From Lepidodermella squamata (Eukaryota; Animalia; Gastrotricha): a stretch of 64,000 nt of DNA. Location of the stretch: contig JBLDXI010000029.1 of the NCBI GenBank assembly GCA_047495785.1, forward strand, positions 2,294,001-2,358,000. The letters run 5' to 3'. Positions 62,664 through 64,000 of this stretch are shown here, one piece after another (position 1 is the stretch's first letter; the number at the start of each line of letters is the position of its first letter). The notes under the pieces were generated by a model. It worked only from the letters and a program-made list of their open reading frames with translations, ran no database searches and was not told the DNA's origin. The translations under genes and the position numbers were made by a program.

Positions 62664-63573
62664 ACGTTCACAGTTCAAAATGGTTATGCTCGTTTCAGGC
62701 TGCATAACCTTTAAATTAAGCCTTTAACGCCGCTCAAAGCAATGAAATTCTCTATCATAATTCACTACAGTTCACTACACTATACATATAATATATCATA
62801 TACCCGTTATACTCTGATTTTTGTCATGTCATCATGGTGATCAGTGGCCAACACTCTTTGATGATTTTACCGAATTTATGTTCTAAGCTGTATCGCTCGC
62901 CGTCACTGGATTGGTGAGTTTAGAACCAGTTTACAGGAATTTTCAGACATCGATGAATTCCATAATAAAGTGTAATAAATTTATCAATTTATCAATGAAT
63001 ATTCCCGATTCATTTAAGGTCATATCCCACCCGATCCGATGCTGCGGCGCTGTTTGACAGCGGAGACAACAACGATGTGTTTTTTTGAATGAGAAGGGAC
63101 TGGACCCGGCATGTGAACTCCAAGAAGCGCGATCACCGATGGCCGTAAAATGTTTCATTCTAAAGAACTTCAACGCAACACTTTTCCTCCAAAGTTTCCA
63201 CTCGGCTAATGGCTAATGTAAAGAGAGGCTTTGAAAATTGAGGTCATTGAGGTCGCCCTGAACTGCATTTCTATCTGAAACACAGTAGAGAATTTTATTC
63301 GTTGTAGCGTTACTGTTCAAACTGTTCATTACCTCACAGTACGGCATAGAATGGGACAATTTGGCTCGGGAAGAAATCATTCGTATAAACTGTACGTATA
63401 AACTGTAGTTACGGAAATACTAACCCGGGCATATTAAAAATGATACCTCGAAAAATGGGGAAAAGTAGGCTAAACTAATCAAGGCTGGGCTTCTATTTGA
63501 GAAAGGCCAATGCCACGAAGACCTGACTTTTATTTCCGTCTATCAATCTCAAAACTCATCAAATTGTTTACAA

Positions 63574-63693
63574 TTAAAACTCAGATATCTCGTCCGCGTC
63601 GTCTTCGTGGTAGACGCTCTCCTCGTCGTCGTGGATTTTAGGCACTTCCTCGGTTTGAGATTGAGGTTTAGGTTGAGTAGAAGTAGGTTGCGT
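63574..63693 (-). CDS. Probable terminal exon of a gene extending beyond the window
   Basis: After a CCTAG acceptor: TQPTSTQPKPQSQTEEVPKIHDDEESVYHEDDADEISEF*; GC-rich and coding-like. Confidence 0.35.
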   Translation of the reverse strand, partial: TQPTSTQPKPQSQTEEVPKIHDDEESVYHEDDADEISEF

Positions 63694-64000
63694 CTAGGCG
63701 CAGCAGAGCACGCGTTTCGCACGTGCCGTAGTAGCCTAGGCTATTATTCGAGATAAGACTATCGACGAATTTCAATTTACCTAGGCTTCTAAACGAGGGG
63801 GCTTATATTTCGGTAACTATGATATTATCGATTAATTTTCGGTTTTTGAGATTTTTTGCCGGTACATTCAATTTCGGTGGATTTGAATTCAGCTTGGCCG
63901 CTTCGGAACTTTTTTTCATTGTTTTCAACCTTAATTTTGCTCTATTAGCCAATTTCACAATTTATTTGACGCTGAATCAGCAGCTCGATATCATTCGATG

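Noticed and set aside
62943-63300. Coding-like patch after the BTB gene
   Set aside because: Frames are short and interrupted on both strands; no identifiable family.

Overview
Eukaryotic DNA from a compact-genome invertebrate animal: AT-rich, with many ~50-nt GT-AG introns, so most genes are split across several ORF-track entries. (1) 1-20397: tandem array of at least eight divergent bestrophin channel genes (+). All have lost the canonical EDDDD Ca2+ clasp, and all seven with a visible N-terminus carry a small residue at the first neck-gate position. An intronless 634-aa secreted orphan gene sits inside the array on the - strand. (2) 20717-41072: four paralogous secreted ~1,000-1,100-aa proteins with a vitellogenin/large-lipid-transfer-type N-terminus and an internal furin site, followed in three of them by a Gly-rich hydrophobic peptide, then a conserved unnamed C-terminal domain. 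(3) 41580-51080 (-): COQ7 (LTR-retrotransposon relic in an intron), NADK2, and a non-coding multi-exon host gene, missed by the ORF track, carrying nine intronic box C/D snoRNAs. (4) 52012-62663 (+): two intronless glyoxylate/hydroxypyruvate reductases, a SUV4-20 methyltransferase and a BTB-BACK protein. Long introns contain MITEs (one nested) and a LINE fragment. Gene models were spliced by eye; no database searches were run.
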